Origin: Octopus sinensis
Lineage: Eukaryota
Assembly (NCBI RefSeq): GCF_006345805.1
Contig: NC_043004.1
Coordinates: forward strand, 18,290,001-18,354,000
DNA: 64,000 nucleotides
Reading direction: 5' to 3'
Part shown: positions 27,308-40,935 of the stretch, piece after piece
Position numbering within the stretch: position 1 is the first letter of the stretch
How the letters are laid out: every line of letters begins with the position of its first letter
Program-made: the position numbers and the translations under genes
Notes under the pieces: generated by a model
The model's database searches: none
Seen by the model: the letters and a program-made list of their open reading frames with translations, nothing else
What the model was told of the DNA's origin: nothing

Positions 27308-29529
27308 TTAAAGGAGTAGTGAATTCTGATGTCTCAGCATAGTGTCTTAATCCTAAGAAGGACCATGCTGTGATAAACAAATTACCCATGTTTGAGAATC
27401 ATTTAACCCTTTTGTGAAGGCAGTGTGCTGGCAGAATCATTTACATGTTGAACAAAATGCCTGGTGGTATTTCTTCCAGTTCTTTGTGTTCTAAGCTCAA
27501 ATTCTGCTGAAATCAACTTTGCTTTTCATCCCTTGAGGATTGATATAATAAAGTACCAGTTAACTACTGGTGTTAATGTAATAGACTTGACCCTCCTCTC
27601 AAAATGGCTGGCCTTGAATGCTGCAATGAACCAGCATTCTGTTCAGGGGCAAGGTTGTGACTTCAATCATTTATATGCCATAGAAATCAGGCAACCAGTC
27701 TTATGAATCCTAGGGCTAAAGAAAAAAAAAAAAGACCTTGGTCATTGGCACATAAAAGGCACCCAAGACACTCTGTTAAGTGGTTAGCGTTAGGAAGGGC
27801 ATCTAACCATAGAAATCATGCCACAACAGACAGTTGGAGTCTGGACAGCTCCATGTCAAACTGTGCAACTTATGGAAAGCAAATGTTAAACGATGGTAAT
27901 GATGATTTCTGTAGAAACACATTGCCTTGGTTTCAATTTGTTTTGAAAATCAGGAAAAATTTACAAAAATTACTTTACCAATATCAAACTGTTGTTTGAA
28001 ACATAAATCAGCTTCAAATTTTGGCACAAGGCCAGCAATTCGGGGTGGGGTGGGGTGGGGGTAGTAAGTCATTTACATCAACCCTACATGCTCGACTTGT
28101 ATTTACTTTGCCAACCCTAAAAAGATGAATGGCAAAGTTGACCTTTTGCAGAATATGAACTCAGAATGGGAAGATGAGCAAAATGCCACATGCTAAAACG
28201 AACTTTGAATGGAACAACAGGATTTCCTTTAAATCTTCATTAAAACAGGAAATTTGTGTCAGAGACCCAATGTATTCTCAGTGGCATTGGCACTAAAGGG
28301 TCTGACTATGTCAGACATACATTTCTTTTCAGTCACCATCGTAAAGACATACATTTCTTTTCAGCACCATTGTAAAGAGTTTAAACAAACTGACCCCACC
28401 ACTAAGTTTTTTCAAGCCTGCTACTTATTTTATCGACCTCTTTTGTTGGATTGTTAAGTTACAGAGACATAAACAAACCAACACTGGTTACCAAGCAATT
28501 GTGCAAGACAAATACAAACACACACACACACACATGATGGGCACCCATTCAGTTTCCATCTACCAAATTCACTCACAAGGCATTGGTCGGCCCATAGGTA
28601 TAGGAGAAGACATTTGTCCCAGATACCACACAGTGGGACTGAACCCAAAACCATGTGGTTGCAAAGCAAGTTTCTTAACCACACAGCCATTTATTTAAAA
28701 ATATAATGGACCCCACATGCCCCCCCTCCCCAACAGTTCTCTGTAAAACATCTTCTAAATGTAGGAAACTGATGAAACAGCATTTTAAAAAGACATGGCT
28801 CAATGCTGGGAAGTGAAGACAAATTATAGAACACTCATATTGTTTTTGACTATTGAGAATGGTTGGAACTAGATTAATAGATTAATAGGGAAGGTTTTGA
28901 TTGATTATATTAGATGTCTTACACCAGGGTCATTATTTTACGATACCAAATTAGTATATAAACATTTGTATTTTGGCAAAAAAACTGAGATTGAAATCTT
29001 TCTCTTTGTTTTTGAATGCCAAGTGAAAGTGGAAAATGTTCTTGGATCTTATTTAGCTGGAAATTGGGAAGGAGGAAAAAAAAAGAAAGAGAAAAATGAT
29101 GGAACAGAATAAATTATATAAATTGGTTTTTACAAGTGCCAATGCAACAGAGAGATTTAGTCAACTACTGAGATATAGTGAGTATATATACAGCACAAGT
29201 TTATCTCTGAACACATATGTGCATACATACATACACATGTACATTACAAAAGAAACATATATGCATAAATGACATACATGTACAAACACACACACACACA
29301 TGCATATGTGCATACATGTGTATGTGCACACATGCACATGTTTATAGATAGATAAATATAGATGTAATGAATGAACTCTATACATATTGAATACATGTTT
29401 CAATTATTACTTTTTCATCCTAACATGTACGTGTGTATATATGAGTATGTATTTACATGATTGAGAGACAGACGGAAAGATGAAGCAAAGGTGATTGCAT
29501 GGTAACTTAAATAGATGCAGACAGGTAGG

Positions 29530-29531
29530 TA

Positions 29532-29619
<88 letters not shown>

Positions 29620-29620
29620 C

Positions 29621-29651
<31 letters not shown>

Positions 29652-29660
29652 TATAGATAT
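29530..29660. repeat. (GT)n(TA)n(GA)n compound microsatellite
   Basis: Direct inspection. Confidence 0.95.
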
Positions 29661-30560
29661 GTATATACAGAGCGAAAGACATACACACACAAATAGACAG
29701 ACACTACACATATATAAACACATTTACACATTTTCACATCCTTTGATTAAATACCAATCTAAGAACAACGACAGAAACTTATGGTATCGAGGGTGGAAGA
29801 ATCAATGAATGTACAGAAAACTTAAAGAGAATAAGGAAAACCACAGGAAGTTTCAAAACCTAATGAGGAGAGAAAAAAAAAACTTTCGCTTCATGATGGT
29901 TATGTTCTTATTTCCAAGAATTTCGGTATTTGTAGCAAAAGAAGAAATGAAAGAGAGAGAAAGAAATTAATAAAAACAAATAAGAAATCAATCATTATTC
30001 ATCCAAACTAGCTTTACCATTTCTTCATGTAAACATTATTCTTAGAGTAAATTGTTACTTCCTAAATATAGTTTCAGAAGAAGGAAAGGAAATCACGTAC
30101 ATGAAGAAATGGGTGGAGGTTAAGAATTTCACGTATTTTGGGTAAGAACTTAAGTGGTAATGTAGTTAGCAGACTTGATAAAATATTGGTTAATATCAAT
30201 GGATACAGAAGTTTTGAAGCAGTAACTTAGTGTAAAAGTTTTGGCTGCAACAATGGTTAAGGAATTGTTAGTGTGTTCTATAGTGAAATTAATTTGGCTG
30301 ATCTTTTGTCACAGAAGAATGATTCCAAACAAAGATTATCATGTTAGAAATGTTTCAACTCAACTTTGAGGTTGTTAGGTAACATTGCGAAATATTTTAA
30401 TATTTTGACGTCTGCTACCTATTCTATTGGTCTCTTTTGCCACACTAATAAGTCATGAGGACATAAACAAACCAACGCCTGTTGTCAACTGATGGTAGGG
30501 AGCAAATACAAAGACACACACATATATATATATATACATACACCATATAAACACATATGC

Positions 30561-30593
<33 letters not shown>

Positions 30594-30612
30594 AACACCA
30601 TATAAACACATA

Positions 30613-30655
<43 letters not shown>

Positions 30656-30779
30656 GTGATCACGTGAACAACCAGACCATCAGATGTTGTTACACATCGC
30701 TGGTCACAATGCGTTCGCATTGTTTTAGCCTTCGAATGACGCCACCCCACTGGCTAAGCGAGCAGGCCAATATATACAC

Positions 30780-30836
<57 letters not shown>

Positions 30837-30906
30837 TAATCCAAACAAGAAAACAAAAAAACAACAACGCAAGGATGTGGAACAAATAAAGTATTATTGG
30901 ACGCTC

Positions 30907-30938
<32 letters not shown>

Positions 30939-31867
30939 TATATATATGCATGTATATATGTGTGTGTGTGTGTGTATACATACACAGAATAATGTGTTCC
31001 CATACAATTTCCATCTACCAAATTCATTCATAAGATGTTGGTGTTGGCTGGCCCAGGTGCCATGCAGTGAGACTGAACCGAGAACTATGTGGTTGGGAAG
31101 CAAACCTCTTGCCGCACAGCCATGCCTGCACCTAATAATAGATAGCTGTAGTTCAACTTGGATCTGCATTCTCTTTTCTCTGCCAAAAATACTTAACTCT
31201 AAACTGCCCCGACCCACTTAACTAAGAATAGATACTTAGAATAAATGCAGTTTCTCACACGAGCCAGCATCAGATCATATATATGGTCACTCAAACTGCT
31301 TGAAATAGCAGCCAAATCTCCCTCGAATCACATCCTACTATTATAGAAAAGGATAAACTGGATAGCAAGATTCTGGGTGTAAATTCCTTTTACACAGAAA
31401 AAAATAGGCAGAGTGGTTAATAGCTGGAATGTTACAGATCGTAGGTCCTCTCAATAAGGACTGACCTGGGGCTAAATAATGATAGCCTGTTGTGTGTTCC
31501 CCACTAATGCTTGCCGACTGGAGTTAGTGTGTTTACATCCCTGTAACCTAGCAGTTCAGCAAAAGAAACCAACAGATTCAGTACCAGGTTTAAAATCTGG
31601 TACTTATTACTGAATTCCAGACAACAGTAATTCAAGAGAAGCTATCAGAATAAAAAGACTTATAACTAACAGCAAGCCATAGAGAAAAACAATGCATCTG
31701 GGAGGAGAAGCAGGTGACATGTTTAAAGGTCACAACAGAGAGTGTTAAACCAGAAAGTTCAGAGCAATGACCATGGAAATGCATATACAAAAGACACAAC
31801 AAAGATATATTTCAATGACGAGTCAAAGCCTTCTGCTTAGTAGACAGAAAAGGATTTCTTTCTACTA

Positions 31868-32320
31868 AGGCGGCGAGCTGGAAGAAACATTAGCATGCAA
31901 GGCGAAATGCTTAGTGGTATTTCGTCTGCCATTACGTTCTGAGTTCAAATTCCGCTGAGGTCAACTTTGCCTTTCATCCTTTCAGGGTCGATAAATTAAG
32001 TACCAGTCATGCACTGTGATCGATATAATCAACTTAATCCATTTGTCTGTCCTTGTTTGTCCCCTCTGTGTGTAGCCCCTTGTGGGCAGTAAAGAAATAA
32101 GAAATGTTAGCATGCAGGGCGAAATACTTAGCAGTATTCCGTCTGCCATTACGTTCTGAGTTCAAATTCCGCTGAGATCGACTTTGCCTTTCATCCTTTC
32201 AGGGTTGATAAATTAAGTACCAGTTAGGCACTGGGGTCGATGTAATCCACTTAATCCCATTGTCTGTTCTTGTTTGTCCCCTCTATGTTTAGCCCCTTGT
32301 AGGCAATAAAGAAATAAGAA
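31868..32320 (+). mobile_element. Head-to-tail dimer of family C SINE (Deu/Nin-like central domain, Tx1-like tail)
   Basis: Two colinear ~220-235 bp copies; central gtcgactttgcctttcatcctttcagggtcgataaattaagtaccag resembles the recalled Deu/Nin SINE domain. Confidence 0.7.
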
Positions 32321-33309
32321 AGAAGAGGACTTGACATGTTAACAACTTGATTCTAAATTCGATCAAGCAGCTTCAGACAGTGGAGACCCCAGCCCAAAGA
32401 ATAACAGCAATGTTCAATGCAAAATTGAAAGGTGGCCTGATAGAAATACAGGGTACTGACAGACTTAAGAAACTTGCAAGCAGAAAAGAGCAATTGCAGA
32501 TATTATAGAGAGGCATCATGAAGGGGAACATACAATGTCAATAAGTTAATCTGCTCAAAGCATTCATAAATTTGAGCAGTTTTCATATTTAAGCTAATGA
32601 TAGGCATTTGATGCTCCTTTGACTATTGTTTAGAATTTACAGCCATGTAGTTGATATAATCAATAGCTCATCTATTGATTAACTGGTTTATTTATTTGTT
32701 ATCTGAGTCCGACACATAAATATTCCTTTGACAAGACAAGCCAAACCAGTTTTGCTACATACAACTAATGGCTAAAATGAAAGAGTTAGTGAGGAGAACT
32801 AAACTGATGGTCAGACTTTTCTTCATCATGCTCCTCATGTTATCCTTCTAAACGATTTTTCTGTTGAAATATACGGCCTTTGCTGATGCTAATTGTGAAA
32901 GTAACGACGAATTTAATGACTAAACTGTTTATCAGACCTTTCTTTATCATCCTCTTCATGTTGTCTTAGCCCTTACCATAAATTCTGTTCAAATATATTG
33001 TCTTTGTTGTAATTAATTTTGAAAAATAATAAAGAATTTAGTAAAATTGTTTTGTCATTGTAAAGCAGACATTTGGAACATGAACCAACACGAAATTTTG
33101 ATGAGAGGTTTTAGATTAGTTCACTTCAAAACAGGAAGTTTGTATCATAGAAACAAAAGTAGTCTCAGGTTTTGTTTTAATTGTTGTGTGTTCAACAAAA
33201 AAATTATCATTTTCACATCCACTTTTCTATGCATACATGGGTCAGATGGAATTTACAGAGGCAGATTTTTCTATGTCCAGACATGTTTTTGCTGAACATT
33301 GGGAATGAA

Positions 33310-33722
33310 TAACAATTCATTTACAACCGATCAACATCAATGGAAATTGCAGCTGTGATACCAGTGCCAGTGGTATGTAAGAGAACCATCCGAACGTGGC
33401 CGTTGTCAGCGCCGCCCCGACTGGCCTCATACCGGTGGCACGTAAAAAGCACCATCCAATCATGGCCATTGCCAGCCTCCGGTGGCACGTAAAAAACACC
33501 ATCCGATCGTGGCCGTTTGCCAGCCTCGTCTGGCACCTGTGACGGTGGCACGTAAAAAGCACCCACTACACTAACAGAGTGGTTGCCGTTGAAAGGGCAT
33601 CCAGCCATAGAAACATTGCCAGATCAGACTGGGCCTGGTGCAGCCTTCTGGCTTCCCAGACCCCAGTTGAACCATCCAACCCATGCAGCATGGAAAGCGG
33701 ACGCTAAACGATGATGATGATG
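33310..33722 (+). mobile_element. RTE LINE 3' end with four tandem 47-64 bp UTR units
   Basis: ggtggcacgtaaaaa motif at 33434, 33481, 33544 plus a degenerate unit at ~33370; (GAT)n tail. Confidence 0.75.
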
Positions 33723-34199
33723 CCATGTTAAGACAAAGAGACACAAACATACTCACACTCACATACAGATACATACAGTAATACTTCACTTTACAAAACC
33801 CTGCTTTATACGACCCTGGGTTTATGGGCTTTCACGAGTTTATTTTCTGTTCGCGAGTTTTTGCTTTATGAGAATGAATTAACTCATACAGTGAGGTATT
33901 ACTGTACATGTGTTTGTGTGTATAGGTGTATGTATATACATATATATGTAAATACACACAAACACATGATGCTTTCTTAAAGTTTCCCTCTACCAAATCC
34001 ATTCACAAGATTTTGCCTATAAACCAGTGAGACAACCAGAAACTAAGTGGTTAAGAAGTAAACTTATTAAACCAACAGCAACTCCTGTACCTATTTTTAT
34101 ATATATGTATAGCCAAAGAGTAATGTAAAAACTAGTGGTGGGGTTAGGACAATATGCAACAGAGGGAGGGTGGTTAAAAAAAATCATATATATATATAC

Positions 34200-34367
34200 A
34201 GGCACAGGAGTGGCCGTGTGGTAAGTAGCCTGCTTACCAACCACATGGTTCCAGGTTCAGTCCCACTGTGTGGTACCTTGAGCAAGTGTCTTCTACTAGA
34301 ACCTTGGGCCGACCAAAGCCCTGTGAGTTGATTTGGTAGACAGAAACTGAAAGAAGCCCAACGCATA

Positions 34368-34416
<49 letters not shown>

Positions 34417-34640
34417 CTGTATATATGTTTGTGTGTGTGTGTTTGTCCCCCGACCATCGCTTGACAACCAATGCTGGTGCATTTATATCATCGTAACTTA
34501 GCAGTTTGGCAAAAGAGACAGATAGAATAAGTACTAGGCTTACTAAGAATAAGTTCTGGAGCCAATTTGTTTGACTAAAGGCGGTGCTCCAGCATGGCCG
34601 CAGTCAAAATGATTGAAACGCATAAAAGAATAAAAGAACA
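34200..34640 (+). mobile_element. Family A SINE, full length
   Basis: A and B boxes, internal (TA)n(GT)n, canonical tail. Confidence 0.85.
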
Positions 34641-35334
34641 TATCAAATTCTTAACATTGCTTTTTCTTTGCTTCACTTTACAAATGATTTTATTTGCAAC
34701 CTTCCAATGGACAATAATATCAAATAAAAACCAGTTAAGTATACATAAACCTCCTCTACAGTTCATTATTATCATTATCATTACTGCTGTCCATTTTCTT
34801 TTTTCTTTTTATATCTGCTTTCTACCACCACCACCACCATTGCACTCAGTTCACCTCTGTATTCTCTGGTACATAGACTTATGCTCTGTGTGTATGTATA
34901 TGCTTATTATATCTAATTCACGAACTACACAGGATGTGGTGGTGTGCCTAGTCATGTCTTTTGATTTCTCTTTTACGTAAATGGAATATCGCCCATGGTT
35001 TCCACTAACTTCTCTTTGAGTAATTCTCATTATATAAAAAGTAGGTAAAAAAAAAACAATCCTTATACATTTTCTTCATTCATAACACATAAATTTAAAC
35101 TAAGTCTTCTACCTTGATGTCAATCTGCTAGATATAGCAGCAAAATTTTCTTTAAATAACACCTTACAGCTGTAAAAAAAAATAATCTTAAAATCTACAT
35201 TGGACATTGGATACAAAATGCTTGGAAAAATAAGATGTGATGGCTATGGCTGGAATTATTTAAATTATTAAAAACCTGCTCAATCAGGACCAATCTAGGA
35301 ATAAACAACAGGAATAACAGCAAACCTTAAAAAC

Positions 35335-35534
35335 CCGTGGTTTTCAACTAGGGTCCATATGAGATTTTGTTAAAATTTAGATGTAATAAAGTAGTTATAC
35401 TTCTACAATACACAACATGTTTTAACAATGATTTTATTAGAATTTTTTAAAAAATCAAATGGTCATGGGGGTTTGTCCCAGTAAAATAGTAATCAAGGGG
35501 TCAATGGATAATTAAAAATAGTTGAGAAACACTG
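35335..35534. mobile_element. Degenerate hAT-type MITE
   Basis: ccgtggttttcaact / agttgagaaacactg; imperfect 8-bp TSD ttaaaaac / ttttaaac. Confidence 0.55.
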
Positions 35535-35647
35535 TTTTAAACCAAAGAGTTTATAATTTTGATATCTCAGTCATTTTTCAAGCAATACTCTTTTCTACTC
35601 TAGGCACAATACCTGAAATTTTGGGGGAAAGGGCCAGTCAGTTAGAG

Positions 35648-35790
35648 TTTGAAACTTCCCCAAGACACCCAAAGAAGGCTGGAGAGTATATCAGCTGAAA
35701 CATTATATTAACAACAAACAAGATGAGGACAAATATCCATCTAATGTAAATAATGTACATAATTCTTCATCTCTTAAATTTAGAACTGTA
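35648..35790 (+). mobile_element. Fragment of the Penelope-like hammerhead-tail element (degenerate core)
   Basis: Homologous to 57845-57951 and 57443-57585; catalytic CTGATGA is mutated to ccaaaga. Confidence 0.7.
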
Positions 35791-37089
35791 TTAGGAATTG
35801 AAATTGTGATCTTGTGATTGCTTGTGCAACACCCCAACCGCTAGGTCAATGCACCTTCATGCACACATTATTCTTTTCAACTTACTTGCCACCAATATAT
35901 ACCCAGGCTTTATATACCCGTGTTTTTAGGAAGGGGTAACCACACCAGACATTCCATTTATTTCCCAGCTCAAAGAGGTTAGCCTTGTCCTATGCTCAGG
36001 TCAAGGTATAGAATGCAACCCCGATATCAGCAGCAGGGCCCCAACAGCATATGCTGGTTCCATACCCCTTTGAGCAACATCAATTCACTCATCCTTCCAC
36101 AAACAAACACTATCCAAGCTTTCCTATCATTTATAAACTCTTACCTCCCTCACTCCAACACCTCTCACCACCAAAGCTTTCCTCACTCCATCCGTCCACA
36201 CAAACAGAGGTCTGCCTCTGGCTCTGCTGCCTACCACTTCTGCCCTCCATCATCATTGTACAATGTGCCTTCTTATACTATCAAACATACCAGCTTGCTT
36301 TTTGTGTTTTATGTTTGTAATGACCTTCATCAAATGCCCTTGAGGCAAATAATCAGTCAACAACCAAACAAAATTCTTAACAGTATTTGAAGATATCCCT
36401 TCATGCTTTCAATTCAAATATTGCTAAAATCAACTTTGCCTGATGTCCTTCACCAAAATACTATAAAGGAGCAATTCAGCCAAGCGTTTCTTCTCAACAG
36501 ATATATTATGTCTGTGAGACAATTTAAAAAGAAAAGAAAGAGAGAAAGCGAAAGAGGGTGGTGAGCTTGCTCAGGCTGACCTGGGCTTCCACAGAACAAG
36601 TTACTGCCATCAGCAAGATTTGAGATTGTTTGAATGAAAAGTTTATTAAATATGAAATACATGCAATGCCAAATGCAATAACAGATAACAAAAAAAGAGA
36701 AAAGACTCAAGAGAACTTCTGCAAAAATTTTAGGATGTAAAAAGTTTTTCCCACTGAACAGATACTTGAGAAAATAGTTTGATAGAATCATATTAATAAA
36801 TAATAAAATAATATTCAGTGCTTGAGGTAGAATTTCAAACATGGTGCACAGAAAAGTGGAGATGAAGAAGAAAGATTGGAGGAAAGGAAATTCAAATCAA
36901 TAATGGCTATGCTGTGTGCATGTGTTTGTATGTGTGTGTGTGATTATATGTAGGTTTGCATGTGTGTGTGTGTGTGTGGTTGTGCATGCATAAAAGTACA
37001 TAGCTTCCAAAATTGATAGGCTTGAAAACGAGCAGTTGGTAACATGAAGAAAATAGAAAAGTCTTGATCTGGTCTATAATTTATTGCAG

Positions 37090-37140
37090 TGACATACTGC
37101 AATGTTCAACTTATATTACAACGTTTCGATGAGAAATTTG
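37090..37140 (+). CDS. Candidate plus-strand exon (51 nt, TYCNVQLILQRFDEKF)
   Basis: tttattgcag|TGACAT...AATTTG|gtaagt; single open frame, phase 1-1. Confidence 0.4.
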
Positions 37141-37481
37141 GTAAGTTTGGCAGAAATGTAAAGCTGAATGAATGAAAGCCAGCCAACCAGTTAGCCATTA
37201 GACCTTTGCTTCCATCATCATCATCAGCAGCATCAAAATCATTGTAGCCATCATCAATATCATCATCATCACTATCATTAACAGAAGAAGAGAAAGAGAA
37301 TGAAGCATTCTCTGTATATTGCTCATGGGTTAGGTCTGATGCTTTCTGCACAAGACACTCTCTTCCAACCCTACATTGATTCACTGAAGTTTTCATGCTG
37401 TATAGTTCTGTACATGTGTTGAAGCTGTTTATATAATTCTTTGGTACATGAGTCAAAGCAAGTATTGTTTTCTCTTTACAG

Positions 37482-37522
37482 TTAAATGCCCATCCTTAAC
37501 AGAAGCCATACAAATGTGTTGA
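37482..37522 (+). CDS. Candidate plus-strand terminal exon (VKCPSLTEAIQMC*)
   Basis: Strong acceptor tattgttttctctttacag|; frame-compatible with 37090-37140. Confidence 0.35.
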
Positions 37523-38105
37523 CATGCCTAAATAGGATGGATATATGTCTTCTGATGTAAAACAGTATTGGACAAGAAAATAAGTGATGTTCGGCATAAC
37601 TGAACACTAATATAAATAATACAAACAGAGGAATTATATTTATGCCATAAGGAATATATTCGAATGGTTACATGTTTTCTATTTGTAACCCTTCTCAATA
37701 TTGTTGTTGTCAGTCATTGCTGCTGTTCAGTTTTAGGTCAGGTCCGACTGAATGGACCTTAAATCAAATAGCAGGGAGCATATATCCTTAGATTCTAACC
37801 AACATTGTTGTCTTTTAACTTCTGTTTCGGTCACTGGATTATGACCATGCTTCAAGGGTTTTTGCCAAACATATTGTCTCTGGAAATTTTTTTTTAAGTT
37901 TGGTACTTACTTTTATAAGTTAAGCAAATCAACACCAGTTGTCTAGTAGTAAGATTGCTCAACATTTTAAAACTGATGTAATACTTACAATGTTTAATAA
38001 AATGAAGTAGCATGAAATGATCGTACCAAATTACCGAAGATATACTTGTTGCTTGTTTTGGATATATATATATATATAGTGTGCGTTGACAACTGTTGCT
38101 GGTTT

Positions 38106-38502
38106 CTCTTTTACTTGTTTCAGTCATTTGACTGTGGCCATGCTGGAGCACCGCCTTTAGCCGAGCAAATCGACCCCAGGACTTATTCTTTGTTAGCCTA
38201 GTACTTATTCTATCGGTCTCCTTTGCCGAACAACTAAGTTATGGGGACGTAAACACACCACCATTGGTTGTCAAGCAGTGATGAGGGAACAAACACAGAC
38301 ACACAAACATATATATATATATATATATACACATATATATGACAGGCTTCTTTCAGTTTCTGTCTACTAAATCCACTCACAAGGCTTTGGTCAGCCCAAG
38401 GCTATAGTAGAAGACACTTGCCTAAGGTGCCACACAATGGGAATGAACACAGAACCATGTGGCTGGTAAGCAAGCTACTTACCACACAGCCACTCCTGCG
38501 CC
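38106..38502 (-). mobile_element. Family A SINE, full length
   Basis: Colinear with the family consensus seen in the window. Confidence 0.85.
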
Positions 38503-39224
38503 ATTTTCTTTAAATTCCTGCAACTTAGCAGTTCAGCTTTCAACACTGATAAAATACCAACACAAAAGATAAATAAATACAGGGATCAATTTATTGGACT
38601 AAACTCTTCAAAGTGGTGCCCCAGCATGGCCACAGTTCAACGAATGAAACAAGTAAAACAAAAGTTAATAAACACATTGGTAACTACTCACTATTAATGG
38701 ACAGAATAACTCTACCTGAGTATAGATGACACATTCCTTTTTTCCATTTCTTTGACTGGTACTAACCACAATACCAATTAAATTATTAATTATCAACTAT
38801 TATCTTAACGAAACACTCATATAGAAAGAAAGAAAAAAAAACTAGCTCCAACTGAATGCAGTATGAAATAAAATGAGGAATGTTTCTTTCATACTGATTT
38901 AAATATAAATAATAACTGATTACACTGTATAATCAAGCTAATTATAAGGTAGACTATGTAAGAAAGTGAAAGTGGCCTTTCTTTTTGTTTAATTGGAAAC
39001 TGACAAAAGTAGTTGGGTATGAACAATGATTCATAATACTTAAATTATTTAATGGTTACTAATATTTTACGAAAGACGATAATATCATTTTTTTTTTTAA
39101 ATCCATTACTGATATCACTTATAGAAAACCATTCAGGTTCTGGGATGAAGTTGCAGCTGAAAACACAAACCAACATCTATACAAGTCATCATCATTATCA
39201 TCTTCATTGGTTTAGCCATGCAGC

Positions 39225-39411
39225 ATCAGGACTGAATTTTACGTAATTTTTCCAGCTGACTGGATCTGACCTCTCACACGTGCTCGACATTGTAAAGATA
39301 AACAATCACATCATCACAATCTCAAAGCTACAAGATAATGCAGGATTAATTCAAAACATAGTAAATAAACAAACATTATATTTGACAGAGTAATCTATAT
39401 GCCAAAGGGTT
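39225..39411. mobile_element. Partial piggyBac-type MITE (second family)
   Basis: Ends ...atgccaaagggTTAA; reverse complement is similar to 55005-55130. Confidence 0.5.
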
Positions 39412-40624
39412 AATGCTGAATTTCCATGCTGGCATGGGTTAGAGGGAATATGTCGAGGTAGGTTTTCTACAGCCGGATGCCCTTCCTGTCACCAACCCTC
39501 ACCTGTTTTCAACTAAGGGTAATATTTCTCAACGACTGGATGTGTTTTCACAAAAGGCTGGAAACAAAGGACACAGCTTGAATGACAATGGCACTCATTT
39601 ACAACTAATGCATGAAGTCATGGCAAGAAGATAGTAACACACACACACACGCCAACACAATACATGCATACACATGACAGTAATGGCTAGACTATCAGAC
39701 ACTGTTACACTCGCTAAGCAAGCAGGCCAACATTCCCCCTGACAAGAAAGCTATTCTCTCACAGGGTTACCCCCATTTACAACTTAGTCGACTGGAGCAA
39801 CATGAAATAAAGTGTTTTGCTCAAGAACACAACACGTAGCTTGTCTGAGAATCAAAATCGCAATCTCACAATTGAGAGTGCCAAACCCCCCAACCATTAG
39901 GGCATGCACCTTTACACACATGTACACACACACACACAACACACACACACACCACACACACACACACCTTGGGCAAGTATCTTCTATAGCTTCGGGCTGA
40001 CCAAAGCCTTGTGAGTAGATTTGGTAGAACCTGTCGTATATATGTGTGTGTTTTTCATCCCACCATTGTTTGATAACCGGTGTTGATGTGTTTACACTCC
40101 CAAAACTTAGCAGTTCAGCACAAGAGACTGATAGACTAAGTACTAGGCTTACAAAGAATATGTACTGGAATCAGTTTGTTTGGCTAAAGGTGATGCTCCA
40201 GTATGGCCACAGTCAAATGACTGAAACATGTAAACGTTATATATATATATATATATATAAATACACACATGCACACATATGTACAATGGGCTTCTTTCAG
40301 TTTCCATCTACCTAATCTCCTCACAAGGCTTCAATCAGGCGAGAAGCCATAGCTGAAGATACTTGCTCACAATGCCACACAGTAAGATTGAACCTGAAAC
40401 CATGTGATTGGGAAGCAAAGTCCTTATTACATGGTATTCATCTAAATGGGTCCTCTTCATTCCACCTTGACAACCACTTCCTTTTTCTAATGGAAATTCA
40501 GTGACATTATCATCAGTTTTACATTTACTACAGCAATCATCGCCATCATCATCAACCCTGGATATTACCGTCTTGAGTCCTAGAACTCACAGCGCCAGTT
40601 CCTGGGTCTCCATGGTGTATAAAC

Positions 40625-40935
40625 TGGCATTCTGTTGGTTGTGACGAGGGTTCCAGTTGATCTGATCAACAGAACAGCCTACTTGTGAAATTAATGTGCA
40701 AGAGGCTGAGCACTCCACAGACAGGTGTACCCTTATCATAGTTCTCAAGGAGATTCAGTGTAAATCAAAATGTAACAAGATTGGCCCTTTGAAATACGGG
40801 TACAACTCATTTTTGCCAGCTGAGTGGACTGGAGCAATATGAAATAAAGTGTCTTGCTCAAGGACACAATGTACTGTCAGGAATCAAGCTCATGACTTCA
40901 TGATTGTAAGCCAAATACCTTAACCACTTGGCCAC
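40625..40935 (-). mobile_element. tRNA-derived CORE-type SINE (distinct family)
   Basis: Minus strand gtggccaagtggttaagg A-box, then ttgtgtccttgagcaagacacttt CORE-like motif; related heads at 39780, 54800 and 56600. Confidence 0.65.

Noticed and set aside
30077-30140. Plus-strand exon EGKEITYMKKWVEVKNFTYFG
   Set aside because: EVKNFTY(L)G resembles a LINE reverse-transcriptase motif; more likely a decayed LINE than a host exon
36450-37456. 130 aa hydrophobic and 116 aa Asp-rich minus-strand ORFs
   Set aside because: Composition explained by AT-richness and a (CAT)n tract; no homology recognised
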